From NCBI GenBank assembly GCA_963826115.1, contig CAWGVS010000012.1, positions 48,202-112,201 on the forward strand: DNA of 64,000 nucleotides, in the 5' to 3' direction. Shown here in pieces: positions 1-9,616 of the stretch; position 1 is the stretch's first letter; each line of letters opens with the position of its first letter. Origin of the DNA: an uncultured Candidatus Rokubacteria bacterium. GTDB taxonomy: Bacteria > Methylomirabilota > Methylomirabilia > Rokubacteriales > DASRDR01. A program made the translations under genes and the position numbers. Under the pieces are notes generated by a model. The model was not told the DNA's origin and searched no databases. It saw only the letters and a program-made list of their open reading frames with translations.

Positions 1-701
1 CCTCCGCGTCGCTCTTCGGCCCCCGGCTGGTCGCGCTCCTGCGCGCCCGGGTGCCGGCGCTGAACGTGGTGATCAAGCCCCATCCCGTGATCGGCGACTG
101 GCGGCCCGGCTGGATGACCTGGTGGCGTGAGCTGGCCCGGCGCGAGCCCGGCGTGCACCTCGTCGAGGACACCCACGCCGACGTGACGCCGTACATGCTG
201 GCGGCCGACGCCCTGGTCTCGGACGCCTCGAGCGTGGTGTTCGAGTTCCTGGCGCTGGATCGCCCGATCGTGCTGGTGACGAACCCGCGCCACCGGGCCG
301 ATCCCGCGTACGACCCCGAGAGCATCATCTGGCGCTGGCGGGACGTCGGCGAGGAGATCCACGACGTCGCGGAGGTCGGGCCGGCGGTGGAGCGCGCCCT
401 TCGCGAGCCCGGCCGGCACGCCGAGCGCCGGACCCACTACGCGCGGCAGCTGTTCGGGCCACGCGCGGACGGCAAGAGCCACGAGCGCATCGCGGAGCGC
501 GTGGCCGAGGTCGCGCAGCAGGTGGCCGGCGGGACGGGACCCGCCGATCCGGCGCCCGTCAGCTCACCGGGCCGCGTCGCCTGGCGGTGGAAGGACCTCC
601 GGTACCTCGTCGCGAGCCAGCCGTGGTTCGGGGCGATCCTGCGGCACCGGGAGGCGGCCCGGTTCCGCCGCCGCGCGTGGGCCCTCCGCCGGCCCGACTG
701 A
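1..701 (+). CDS. CDP-glycerol glycerophosphotransferase (TagB/TagF)-like protein, C-terminal part; the 5' end lies outside the window
   Basis: The frame is open from the window edge (ORF track 51..701). VVIKPHP ... ADALVSDASSVVFEFLALDRPIVL matches the TagF-family catalytic-domain pattern. Confidence 0.6.
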   Translation, partial: SASLFGPRLVALLRARVPALNVVIKPHPVIGDWRPGWMTWWRELARREPGVHLVEDTHADVTPYMLAADALVSDASSVVFEFLALDRPIVLVTNPRHRADPAYDPESIIWRWRDVGEEIHDVAEVGPAVERALREPGRHAERRTHYARQLFGPRADGKSHERIAERVAEVAQQVAGGTGPADPAPVSSPGRVAWRWKDLRYLVASQPWFGAILRHREAARFRRRAWALRRPD

Positions 702-717
702 CCCGAACCCACGCGCG

Positions 718-2103
718 CTAGCCGCGGGCGGGAGTCGGGCCGGGGTCAGCTCCCCGCGCGGCGCGCACGTACTGCTGGATCTGCGTGTAGTAGTGCTCGG
801 GGACGTCGAAGGGCGGGCGGCCGCCGTACACCAGCATCTCGATGACCCGGTCGATCTCAGCCTGCGGCACCGGACTGGGCTCGCCGCGCGCCAAGCCGTC
901 CAGGAACCGATGAATGTCTGTCGGATCCGCGGCCCGGAGGCACCCTCCCTCGTCGTCGAAGATCAGCCGGTTCGTGTGGAGGTACACGGGGTAGATCAGC
1001 GGCTTCCGTTTGATCAGGAGCTCCAGCGATACTCCCGATCCAAGGAGCAGAGCGGCGTCCGTCCCATCGATCAAGGCTGGCGTGTGGGCATCGGTCCCGA
1101 GCCAGACGTCCGGACGTCCGAGCAGTCGCCGCATCTCCTCGCCGCCAGCTTCGGATTCCACGCGGGGATGGGGCTTCAGGACCACGTCCACGTCTCCCCG
1201 GTCGAGGATGCTGCGCACGAGCGAGGCGAAGCCCGGCCCGTCGACGAACGGGCTCGCCTTGGGCACCAGCACGAGGAGGCGGACGCGACCCGTCGTCCCA
1301 GACGGGCCCTGCCATGGCGGGCAGATCTCCTGGACGATCCGCATCCAGGGCGCGGAATAGCGCAGACTGCCCCAGGTTCTCGTCATTGCCGGGCGGATCA
1401 TGCCGCGGTGGATGTCCAGCAGACGCTGCGACTCGGACGGATACACGTACGCGGAGAACGCGTTGCGCCCATAGAGATCGGCCGGTGACAAGCCGGCCTG
1501 AGCCCGCCGCAGGCGCGCCGCCGACCGCGCGCTGTCGTCGGGCTTCATGATGGTCAGGACCCCGTGAGGCAGACACAGGGTCGGGAGTCCCAGGGCGCGC
1601 GCCGCCTCGAGCACGGACGTCCGGAGGGGCGCCGGACCGAGGAGTCGAAGCGCTAGGCCGACGCACTCGCACAAGGATTCGCCGCTCGCCGCCGCGCGCG
1701 CCGCCTTGCGAAGGCGATCCCATCCCCGCCCGGGCAGGATGCTCCGGCCCCAGTCCGTGCAACACGCGGCAACCTGATGCCGCCGGAGCAGCGCGACCCA
1801 GCGGCGGCGGGTCCACAGGAACCGCGCGGCCAAGCGAACGAGGCGCCAGCGGGATGTCGCCCCCAGGGGGGCGAAGACGTCGAAGCCCGGGTATCGCGTC
1901 AGGAACTCGATCCGATAGTCGGTCTCGTACGGGAAAGGCCGCCAGAAGACGGCGAGCACCCGGTGCCCCTTCTCGAGGCACTTCCACATGAGCGGCGCCA
2001 GATGGTCGACGTCGGGATAGGCCCGCAGGAGGAACAGGATCGTCGAGGCGCCGGGGGCCGGCGACACGGGCGCCGGCGCGCCTTCGGAGGCTCCGGCGGT
2101 CAT
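718..2103 (-). CDS. Hypothetical protein, distantly TagF-like (putative polyol-phosphate or capsule transferase)
   Basis: ORF 718..2157. The preferred start is ATG 2103 (MTAGASEG), which forms an ATGA overlap with the upstream stop. VVLKPHP ... TDAALLLGSGVSLELLIKRKPLI resembles the neighbouring TagF-like gene. Confidence 0.5.
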   Translation of the reverse strand: MTAGASEGAPAPVSPAPGASTILFLLRAYPDVDHLAPLMWKCLEKGHRVLAVFWRPFPYETDYRIEFLTRYPGFDVFAPLGATSRWRLVRLAARFLWTRRRWVALLRRHQVAACCTDWGRSILPGRGWDRLRKAARAAASGESLCECVGLALRLLGPAPLRTSVLEAARALGLPTLCLPHGVLTIMKPDDSARSAARLRRAQAGLSPADLYGRNAFSAYVYPSESQRLLDIHRGMIRPAMTRTWGSLRYSAPWMRIVQEICPPWQGPSGTTGRVRLLVLVPKASPFVDGPGFASLVRSILDRGDVDVVLKPHPRVESEAGGEEMRRLLGRPDVWLGTDAHTPALIDGTDAALLLGSGVSLELLIKRKPLIYPVYLHTNRLIFDDEGGCLRAADPTDIHRFLDGLARGEPSPVPQAEIDRVIEMLVYGGRPPFDVPEHYYTQIQQYVRAARGADPGPTPARG

Positions 2104-2372
2104 CCTCCCGCTCCGTTCGCGAGATGCGACCGGACCGCGCGCTGCCACTCGAGACACTCCGGGCCCAGGGGATCGCGAAGCCGCGGGAGCGGGATCGCGA
2201 GCTCGGCCATCACCCGCCCCGGCGAGGCCGACAGGACGACGACGCGATCCGCGAGGTAGACCGCCTCCGCCACGTCGTGCGTCACGTACACCACGGTCTT
2301 CCGCGTCGCCTGCCAGACCTCGACCAGGAGACGCTGCATCTCCGCCCGGGTGACGGCGGCGAGCGCCACGAG
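2100..2372 (-). pseudogene. 5'-truncated remnant of a NitT/TauT-family ABC transporter ATP-binding gene (about the last 90 codons only)
   Basis: The tail of ORF 2100..2912 reads LVALAAVTRAEMQRLLVEVWQATRKTVVYVTHDVAEAVYLADRVVVLSASPGRV. It aligns by eye with the intact ATPase at 8840..9616 (KLVLREEILRVW..LLVYVTHDIDEAVLMGDRVLVMTGPPGRI). There is no room for Walker A/B upstream, because 2450..3214 is occupied by another gene in a different frame. Confidence 0.6.
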
Positions 2373-2449
2373 CCGGCGGTCGGAGGCTCGGCGATCCGTT
2401 GCCAGGACGAGTGGCCCCCCGTCACGGGACCGGCGGCCCCGAGGTGAGG

Positions 2450-3214
2450 CTAGCGGACGGCGCGCTTCGCGGCAGCGGCGACGAAGCGCTCGAAGAGCCG
2501 GCGGGACGGCGCGTGGCCGCCGCGCGCGAGCTCTTCCGGGTGCCACTGGACGCCGACCAGAAAGCTCCACCGCGCGGCGTCGACCGCCTCGACGCCTTCC
2601 ACGAGGCCGTCGGGCGCGTGGGCGACCGCCGTGAGCGGCGGCGCCAGGGCCTTGATCCCCTGGTGGTGCATGCTGTTCACGTCCACCGTCTCCAGACCCA
2701 GGACGTCGGCGAGGCAGCTGCCGGCGTGGACGGTCACCGGATGATGCGGCTCGTGGCGCGGGCGGGGTGAGTCCCCCTGGGCCTGGTCGTGGACCACCTC
2801 CGCGGGGCGGTCGCTGGGCAGATCCTGGTAGAGCGTGCCGCCGAGGCCGACGTTCAGCACCTGGACGCCGCGGCAGATCGCCAGCACGGGCAGGTCGTCC
2901 GCCAGCGCCCACTCGAGGAGCTGGAACTCGAGGGCGTCCCGCTCGGGGACACTCTCGACGCTCGGGTGCTGGACCTCCTCGCCGTAGCGCTCGGGCGCCA
3001 CGTCCTCCCCGCCGGTCAGGACGAGCCCGTCGAGGAGGTCGTAGAGCGCGCGGAGCGCGGGGCCGCCGTGCGCCGGCGTCAGGACGAGCGGGATCCCGCC
3101 CGCTTCCTGGATGGCCACGATGTAGGGCTCGTTGAGGAAGGTCCGCCGGGTGCCGAGCTTCGTCGGCACGACCGACGCCGTCAGGCCGATGCGGGGCAGT
3201 CGCACGAGCGCCAC
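2450..3214 (-). CDS. Gamma-glutamyl-gamma-aminobutyrate hydrolase family protein (class I glutamine amidotransferase, peptidase C26, PuuD-like)
   Basis: LTGGEDV, LAICRGVQVLNVGLGGTLYQDL, NSMHHQ and VQWHPE motifs. The true start may be GTG 3205 (see the promoter at 3213..3242). Confidence 0.85.
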   Translation of the reverse strand: MALVRLPRIGLTASVVPTKLGTRRTFLNEPYIVAIQEAGGIPLVLTPAHGGPALRALYDLLDGLVLTGGEDVAPERYGEEVQHPSVESVPERDALEFQLLEWALADDLPVLAICRGVQVLNVGLGGTLYQDLPSDRPAEVVHDQAQGDSPRPRHEPHHPVTVHAGSCLADVLGLETVDVNSMHHQGIKALAPPLTAVAHAPDGLVEGVEAVDAARWSFLVGVQWHPEELARGGHAPSRRLFERFVAAAAKRAVR

Positions 3215-3242
3215 GCTAGCACCGCCTCACCTCACCTGTCAA
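3213..3242 (-). promoter_or_regulatory. Sigma-70-type promoter candidate TTGACA-N18-TAGCGT for the PuuD-like gene
   Basis: The minus strand reads TTGACA(3242-3237)-18 nt-TAGCGT(3218-3213). A GTG at 3205 lies 7 nt downstream of the -10 box, which is leaderless geometry. Confidence 0.4.
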
Positions 3243-3330
3243 AACACCGATTTGGGATTGACCCCGGGTCCCGTCTGTGGTGGCATGGCGACGTGTCCGA
3301 CGTCGGGGCCTGGTGAGTGATGACCACACG

Positions 3331-5142
3331 ATGACCGTCGACTCGTACCGACCTCCGAGCGAGCGCAGCGCGTCTCACCCCGGCGCGGCCCCGGCGCCGC
3401 CGGAGACGCTCACCGGACCGGCCGCCGCCACCCACGCGCACCGCCCCGACGCTCTCGGGACGCGGCACGCCGTCGCCGCGGGTCACCCGCTGGCGGCGCT
3501 CGCCGCCCATCGCATCCTCGAGGCAGGCGGGAACGCCGTCGACGCGGGCGTGGCGGCCGGGATCTGCCTCGGGGTGGTTCACTCCGACATCGTGAACTTT
3601 GCCGGGGTGGCGCCCCTCATGGTGTACGACGCCGCCCGGCGCGAGGTGCACACCATCTCGGGCCTCGGCGTCTGGCCCAGGGCCGCGACGATCGAGTACT
3701 TCCGGGACCGCTGCGGCGGGGACATGCCCGACGGCCTTCTCCGGACCGTCGTGCCGGCGGCTCCCGACGCCTGGATCACGGCCCTCGAGCGGTTCGGGAC
3801 GCTCGGCTTCGCGGAGGTCGCCCAGCCCGCCATCGAGCTCGCCCGCGACGGGTTCCCGCTTGGCCGGTTCGTCGCCGGGATCATCCAGGCCAACGAGAGC
3901 GCGTACCGACGGTGGCCCACCTCGGCGCCGATCTACCTGCCGGAGGGCCGCGTGCCCCGGGCCGGCGAGCGCTTCGTGCAAACCGACCTCGCGCGGACCC
4001 TCACCTACCTCGCGGACGAGGACCGGGCCGCCCGGCCGAGCGGCCGGGTTGCCGGGCTCGCGGCGGCGCGCGACGCCTTCTATCGGGGCGACGTCGCAAC
4101 GGCGATCGTGCGCTACCACGAGACCGAGGGCGGGCTCCTCACGCGCGAGGACATGGCCGGCTTCCGGGTCGGCGTGGAGCCGGCGGAGCGTGCCCGGTTC
4201 GGATCCCGCGAGGTGCTGACCTGCGGCTTCTGGTGCCAGGGGCCGGCCTTCCTCCAGATGCTCCAGATCCTCGACGGGATCGGCCTCGCGGGGCTGGGCC
4301 ACAACACCCCGGACTACGTCCATACGGTCACCGAGGCGATGAAGCTCGCCTTCGCCGACCGGGAGGCCTACTACGGGGACCCGCGGCACGTCCGCGTCCC
4401 CGGACCCGGGCTCCTCGACCCGGCCTATGCCGAGGGTCGCCGCGGGCTCATCGATCCCGCCCGCGCCTTCCGCGCGCTGCCGCCTCCCGGGGTGCCCGCC
4501 GGCGCGCCAGGCCATCCAGCGGGCCGGGCGCCCGCGGCCACGTCAGGCGCTCCGAGCACGCTCGGGACCTCGTACGCCGCGGTCGTCGACAGGCACGGCA
4601 ACGCCTTCTCGGCGACGCCGAGCGACGTCTCGACCGACACCCCGGTCATTCCCGGCACGGGCCTCGCGGTCTCCTCGCGCGGGAGCCAGGGCTGGCTCGA
4701 TCCCGGCCACGCGAGCGCGGTCGCGCCCGGCAAGCGCCCGCGGCTCACGCCCAGTCCCGCCCTCATGTTCGGACCCGGCGGCGAGGTGGCGGCCTTCGGG
4801 ACGCCGGGCGGTGACGTCCAGCTCCAGGCGATGCTCCAGTTCCTGCTGAACATGACCGTGTTCGGCATGAGTCCCCAGCGGGCGATCGAGGCGCCGCGCT
4901 TCGCGACCCAGTCCTTCCCCGACTCGTTCTGGCCGCACCGCTACTTCCCGGGACGCGTCACGCTGGAGGGCCGCTTCCCCGAGTCGACCCTCGAGGCGCT
5001 CCGCGCCCGCGGTCACGAGGTCGAGCGCTGGACGGCGTGGGAGTGGCGCGCGGGCGGCGTGTGCCTCGCGCGCATCGACGGGGCCGGGATCCGCTGGGGC
5101 GCCGCGGACCCGCGCCGCGACTCCTACGCGGTGGCCTGGTGA
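3331..5142 (+). CDS. ggt: Gamma-glutamyltransferase family protein
   Basis: ORF 3277..5142 with ATG at 3331 (MTVDSY). HPLAALAAHRILEAGGNAVDAGVAA at the N-terminus, and a TSY..VVDRHGNAFSATPS nucleophile region typical of the Ntn-hydrolase GGT family. No obvious signal peptide. Confidence 0.9.
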   Translation: MTVDSYRPPSERSASHPGAAPAPPETLTGPAAATHAHRPDALGTRHAVAAGHPLAALAAHRILEAGGNAVDAGVAAGICLGVVHSDIVNFAGVAPLMVYDAARREVHTISGLGVWPRAATIEYFRDRCGGDMPDGLLRTVVPAAPDAWITALERFGTLGFAEVAQPAIELARDGFPLGRFVAGIIQANESAYRRWPTSAPIYLPEGRVPRAGERFVQTDLARTLTYLADEDRAARPSGRVAGLAAARDAFYRGDVATAIVRYHETEGGLLTREDMAGFRVGVEPAERARFGSREVLTCGFWCQGPAFLQMLQILDGIGLAGLGHNTPDYVHTVTEAMKLAFADREAYYGDPRHVRVPGPGLLDPAYAEGRRGLIDPARAFRALPPPGVPAGAPGHPAGRAPAATSGAPSTLGTSYAAVVDRHGNAFSATPSDVSTDTPVIPGTGLAVSSRGSQGWLDPGHASAVAPGKRPRLTPSPALMFGPGGEVAAFGTPGGDVQLQAMLQFLLNMTVFGMSPQRAIEAPRFATQSFPDSFWPHRYFPGRVTLEGRFPESTLEALRARGHEVERWTAWEWRAGGVCLARIDGAGIRWGAADPRRDSYAVAW

Positions 5143-5885
5143 GGCGAAGGACGGCGACCGACTGGCGCCGGCGGACCCTGCGGGCCACCGCGCCCCGGCC
5201 CGGGCGACGCCTGGCGCGCGGCGGCCGGATCCTCCTGCTACTCCTGTCGGTAACCGGCTGCGCGATCGAGCCGGCCCGGCCGGCCCTCGTGCCGCCGGCG
5301 GCCGAGCCGCCCGGCGCCGTCGCGCTGATCCCGCCGCCGATCATCTCACGGTTCGGCGAGTGGCGCGGCGAGGGCGGGGCGGCCACGCCGACGCGCCACG
5401 CGGGCATCGACATCCGGGCGACGACCGGGACGCCGGTCCTGGCGGCCGCCGACGGCGTCGTCCTGCGCACGGGCACCCAGGCCTTCGCCGGGCGGCTCAT
5501 CGTGATCGAGCACGACGTCGATCTCACGACCGCCTACTACCACCTCTCGGCGATCGACGTCCTGGGGGGACAGGTGGTCCGACGAGGCGAGCCCATCGGG
5601 CGGGTGGGCAGCACCGGGAACGCGACGGCGCCGCACCTCCACTTCGGCGTGTGCCGGCGCGAGAACGGCGCCTGCGGCGAGCGGATCGACGGCGGCTGGG
5701 AAGACCCGACGCGGCACTGGATCGCCGCGAACCCGTGCTTCGTGGCGGGCCAGGGCTACGCGCCGCAAGGTCGCCGGCTCACCTACCCGGTGCCGTGCGC
5801 GCCGGCGCCCGCCGCGAACGCCCCGGTCGAGGAGCGGGCGCCCGGCGCCCCGCTCGCCAGCCGGCCGTCGGCCCGGCCCGCCTAG
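5139..5885 (+). CDS. M23 family metallopeptidase, probable lipoprotein
   Basis: GTG 5139 overlaps the ggt stop (GTGA). Lipobox-like LLLLLSVTGC. HAGIDI ... GSTGNATAPHLHF are the M23 (LytM) zinc motifs. Confidence 0.85.
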   Translation: MRRRTATDWRRRTLRATAPRPGRRLARGGRILLLLLSVTGCAIEPARPALVPPAAEPPGAVALIPPPIISRFGEWRGEGGAATPTRHAGIDIRATTGTPVLAAADGVVLRTGTQAFAGRLIVIEHDVDLTTAYYHLSAIDVLGGQVVRRGEPIGRVGSTGNATAPHLHFGVCRRENGACGERIDGGWEDPTRHWIAANPCFVAGQGYAPQGRRLTYPVPCAPAPAANAPVEERAPGAPLASRPSARPA

Positions 5886-6135
5886 CGCCGCGCCTCGCCG
5901 CGCGCCACCGTCGGATCCGGCGGCGCTGGCACAAGAAGTCCGCCCTCCCGTCACGCGCGTATCCGCGCGGCCCGCGCGCGACATGTTGCGCATCACCCCG
6001 CAACCCGTGGCGCCCCACAGCCGATTAAGGTATGGTGCCCGCTGGCAAGGACGGACCGTGGCCCGCACGTCGCCACGCGCCACCGTCATCGGGACTGTTG
6101 TCACCCTGGGTCGGGGTCGAGAGGCTGACGGGATC

Positions 6136-7749
6136 GTGCTGCGGCAGCTCGGCGATCTGCGGATGTATGGGCGATTCGCGTGGGGATTGCGGGCCTTTCT
6201 CCGCCAGCCCTTGAGCCTTCCGCAGGCGCAGGCCTCCATCCGGACGCGCGTCGCCGAGCGCGAGGCCAACTTCCTGCGTCTGATGGAGCGCGGGGTGTTC
6301 GGCCACCCGCGGAGCCCCTATCGCGCCCTGCTCGGACTGGCGCGCTGCGAGCTCGGGGACCTTCGACAGATGGTCGGATCCCGCGGCCTCGAGAGCACGC
6401 TCCGGGCCCTGCGGGATGCCGGCGTCTACGTGACGTTCGAGGAATTCAAGGGGCGAACCCCCATCGTTCGGGGCGGGCACGTCCTCGACGTCCGCGCCGA
6501 GGACTTCGACAACCCGCATCTCAGCCGCTATTACCAGGCGGAGAGCGGAGGCTCCACCGGCGCGGGCACGCGGGTCATGACCGACCTCGATCACCTCGCG
6601 GTGAAGGCTTCCCAGCTGATGGTGACCGACGAGGCCCACGGTCTCTTGACCGCCCCAACGGCGATCTGGTTCGGCGTCCTTCCGGACGTGGGTCTGAACA
6701 TCGTGCTGACCCGCGCCCGATACGGCCGGGTGCCCGAGAAGTGGTTCGTGCACGTCACGCCCTCGGAGCTCCGCCCCTCCCTGGTCTACCGGGTGGCCAC
6801 CAACGCGCTCGTCGCCGCCGGACGGCTCTACGGCGTGCAGATCCCGCGGCCGGAGCCGGTCCCGCTGGAAGACGCGGGCGTCGTGGCCCGCTGGGCCGCC
6901 CAGGCAGTCAGGGACCATGGCGTGTGCATGGTACGGACCCAGGTAAGCCGAGCCCTGCGAGTGTGCCTGGCGGCGCGTGAGGAGGGCCTGGATCTCTCCG
7001 GGGTGGCCATCACGGGGGGCGGTGAGCCCCCGACGCCCGGGAAGGTGCGCGAGATCACTCGCGCCGGCGCCCGGTGGATACCCGGCTACTACACCATGGA
7101 AGCGGACGCCGTCGGCATGGGCTGCGGTCACCCGCTGGATGGGAACGACCTCCACCTGCTGAAGGACCACCTGGCGCTCATTCAGTGGCCACGGTCGGTC
7201 CCCGGGTGGGACGTCGAGGTCGACGCGTTCAACTTCACGACCCTCCTGCCCACCGCGCCCAAGATCATGCTGAACGCCGAGAGCGACGACTACGGGGTGG
7301 TCGAGAGCCGCTCATGCGGCTGTCCGCTGGAGGGCTACGGGTTCACCGACCACATCCGTCACGTCCACAGCTTCCGCAAGCTGACCGGTGAGGGTGTCAC
7401 GCTCGTGGGCACGGACATGCTCCGCATCTTGGACGAGGTCCTACCGGCCCGCTTCGGGGGCACGCCGCTCGACTACCAGGTCCTGGAGGAAGAGGATTCC
7501 GACGGGTTCACGCGCCTGAGTCTCGTCGTCAGCCCGCACATCGCGCTTCCCGATGACCGGAGCGTAGTCGAGACCGTCCTGGAGAGCCTCCGGCAGCGCG
7601 GGGACGCGGCCGACCTGGCCCGGGCGACCTGGCGTCAAGCCGGCACCTGGCGCGTCAAGCGCATGGAGCCGATCTGGACCGCGCGCGGGAAGCTGATGCC
7701 CCTCCATCTGGCCGAGCGCGCCCGGCCTGCGGTCAGCGCCGAACGATGA
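6136..7749 (+). CDS. Divergent PaaK/F390-synthetase-like adenylate-forming enzyme (ANL superfamily); start uncertain (5983, 6136 or 6163)
   Basis: ORF 5983..7749. The ESGGSTGAGTRV P-loop-like segment and the C-terminal SCGCPLEGYGF..HSFRKLTGEGVTLVGTDM region parallel CPCGRALPLMRLIEGRTDSFITLPSG of the PaaK-like gene at 10392. GC3 is lower before about 6136. Confidence 0.55.
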   Translation: MLRQLGDLRMYGRFAWGLRAFLRQPLSLPQAQASIRTRVAEREANFLRLMERGVFGHPRSPYRALLGLARCELGDLRQMVGSRGLESTLRALRDAGVYVTFEEFKGRTPIVRGGHVLDVRAEDFDNPHLSRYYQAESGGSTGAGTRVMTDLDHLAVKASQLMVTDEAHGLLTAPTAIWFGVLPDVGLNIVLTRARYGRVPEKWFVHVTPSELRPSLVYRVATNALVAAGRLYGVQIPRPEPVPLEDAGVVARWAAQAVRDHGVCMVRTQVSRALRVCLAAREEGLDLSGVAITGGGEPPTPGKVREITRAGARWIPGYYTMEADAVGMGCGHPLDGNDLHLLKDHLALIQWPRSVPGWDVEVDAFNFTTLLPTAPKIMLNAESDDYGVVESRSCGCPLEGYGFTDHIRHVHSFRKLTGEGVTLVGTDMLRILDEVLPARFGGTPLDYQVLEEEDSDGFTRLSLVVSPHIALPDDRSVVETVLESLRQRGDAADLARATWRQAGTWRVKRMEPIWTARGKLMPLHLAERARPAVSAER

Positions 7750-8786
7750 GCGCGTCACCTCGGGAGCCGTGGAGCGGACCTGGGCGCCGCTTGGCCCGCG
7801 CGCTCGTCCTGGTGGCCGTCGTGGCGGGCTGGGTCGGCCAGGCCGCGTCGGCCGCGACGACGGTGCGCGTCGTGGTCGCCCCGTACCTGTCGAACGCCCC
7901 CCTGTTCATCGCCGAAGAGGAGGGCTACTTCGCCGCCGAGGGCCTCCGGCTCGAACTGGTCTCCATGGCGCGCGGGGCCGCTGCCGTCCCGGCGCTGATC
8001 ACCGGCGACCTCGACGTGCTGGCCGGCGTGATCAACGCAGGCGTCCTGAACGCCGTGGCGCGAGGCGGTACCCTGCGGCTGGTCGCCAACAAGGGTTATG
8101 TTGCGGCCGATGGGTGCGCGTCCACGGCCCTCCTGGCCCGGCGCGGGCTGCTCGACCCCCCGGGCGACCACCCGCCGATCGCTCTCAAGGGCCGGCGGCT
8201 GGTCATGCCCAATCGCGCCTCCTTCGAGGGCTACGTCGCCGAGCGGTTCCTGAGCGGGGGGGGCCTCACCATCGATGCCGTCGAGCGGGTGGACATTCCC
8301 GGCCCGGCCGAGCTCGACGCCTTCAGGACCGGCGCCATCGACGCCACGGTCTCCGGGGAGCCCTGGCTGACGCGCATCCTGATGAGCGGACATGCCACCG
8401 TGTGGAAGCGCGCCCAGGAGCTGATCCCCGACTTCGACTACGCGTTCGTCTTCTACGGCGCCTCCCTGCTCAAGCAGCATCCTGACGTGGGTCGACGGTT
8501 CGCGACCGCCTACCTCAGGGGCGTCCGCCAGTATGGCCAGGGGAAGACGGAGCGGAACCTGGACATTCTCGCCAAGCACACCGGGTTGGATCGAGAACTC
8601 CTCAGGCAGGTCTGCTGGCCGGCGGTTCGTCGCGACGGTCGAGTGGACGTCAAGAGCGTGCTCGAATTCCAGGCCTGGGCCGCCGAGCGGAAGTTCGTGG
8701 ACCGGAGCCTCGCGTCGAGCCAGCTCGTGGACGCGAGCTTCATCGAGCACGCCACCCGAGTGCTGAGCGCTCGGGGTGTCCCGTGA
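7746..8786 (+). CDS. ABC transporter substrate-binding protein, NMT1/THI5-like (NitT/TauT family)
   Basis: ATGA overlap with the upstream gene. Signal-like LVLVAVVAGWVGQAASA. APYLSNAPLFIAEEEGYF matches the SsuA/TauA-like pattern. Confidence 0.8.
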   Translation: MSASPREPWSGPGRRLARALVLVAVVAGWVGQAASAATTVRVVVAPYLSNAPLFIAEEEGYFAAEGLRLELVSMARGAAAVPALITGDLDVLAGVINAGVLNAVARGGTLRLVANKGYVAADGCASTALLARRGLLDPPGDHPPIALKGRRLVMPNRASFEGYVAERFLSGGGLTIDAVERVDIPGPAELDAFRTGAIDATVSGEPWLTRILMSGHATVWKRAQELIPDFDYAFVFYGASLLKQHPDVGRRFATAYLRGVRQYGQGKTERNLDILAKHTGLDRELLRQVCWPAVRRDGRVDVKSVLEFQAWAAERKFVDRSLASSQLVDASFIEHATRVLSARGVP

Positions 8787-8839
8787 GGGGCCCGAGGAGG
8801 CGTCGCACGCGCTCGCGGCCCGCCTGAGCGGCGCCCACC

Positions 8840-9616
8840 ATGCGCCTCACGTGCCGGGCGGTCGGCAAGGTGTACGAGACTCCCGCGGGGCGCGTGGACG
8901 CGCTGGAGGACGTCTCCTTCACTGCGCGGGAGCGTGAGCTCGTCTGTGTGGTCGGTCCCAGCGGCTGCGGCAAGACCACGCTCCTCAAGCTCATCACGGG
9001 ACTCCTGTCACCGACCTCGGGCGAGATCAGCTTCGACACGCCTTCGGATAACGGGCGCCTCCGCAGCGCCCTCGTGTTCCAGGGCGACGGGCTGTTCCCA
9101 TGGATGTCGGTGCTGGACAATGTGGCCTTCGGCCTGGAGGCGCGCGGCGTCCCCAAGGAGCCGCGGCGCGGGCGCGCCCGCTCGGTGCTCGATAGCATCG
9201 GGCTGGGAGCGTGCGCCGACTACTATCCCCACCAGCTGTCGGCGGGAATGCGCCAGCGCGCCGGTCTCGCCCGGGCCCTCTTGATCGATCCCCACGTGCT
9301 GCTGATGGACGAGCCGCTCGGCTCTCTGGATGCGCAGACGAAGCTCGTGCTGCGAGAGGAGATCCTCAGAGTCTGGGGGAGTCGACCCACGCTCCTCGTC
9401 TACGTCACGCACGACATCGACGAGGCGGTGCTCATGGGGGACCGGGTGCTGGTGATGACCGGACCGCCCGGCCGCATCCGCGAGGAGATCCACATCCCCG
9501 GGCCGCGCCCGCCGGAGGGGTCGGTGGCCGCGCGCCCTGATCTCGCCGCCATCCGGGAGCACATCTGGGAGATGCTGCGGGACGGCGTGCGGAAGCACCT
9601 GGGCTTCCCCGCATGA
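8840..9616 (+). CDS. ABC transporter ATP-binding protein (NitT/TauT family)
   Basis: Walker A GPSGCGKTT, signature LSAGMRQR, Walker B LLMDEP. Confidence 0.9.
   Translation: MRLTCRAVGKVYETPAGRVDALEDVSFTARERELVCVVGPSGCGKTTLLKLITGLLSPTSGEISFDTPSDNGRLRSALVFQGDGLFPWMSVLDNVAFGLEARGVPKEPRRGRARSVLDSIGLGACADYYPHQLSAGMRQRAGLARALLIDPHVLLMDEPLGSLDAQTKLVLREEILRVWGSRPTLLVYVTHDIDEAVLMGDRVLVMTGPPGRIREEIHIPGPRPPEGSVAARPDLAAIREHIWEMLRDGVRKHLGFPA

Noticed and set aside
5927-5932. TGGCAC hexamer in the leader of the ligase/ABC operon (and TGGCAT near 3283)
   Set aside because: No TTGC or GC element lies at the required N5 / GG-N10-GC spacing, so it is not a sigma-54 promoter.
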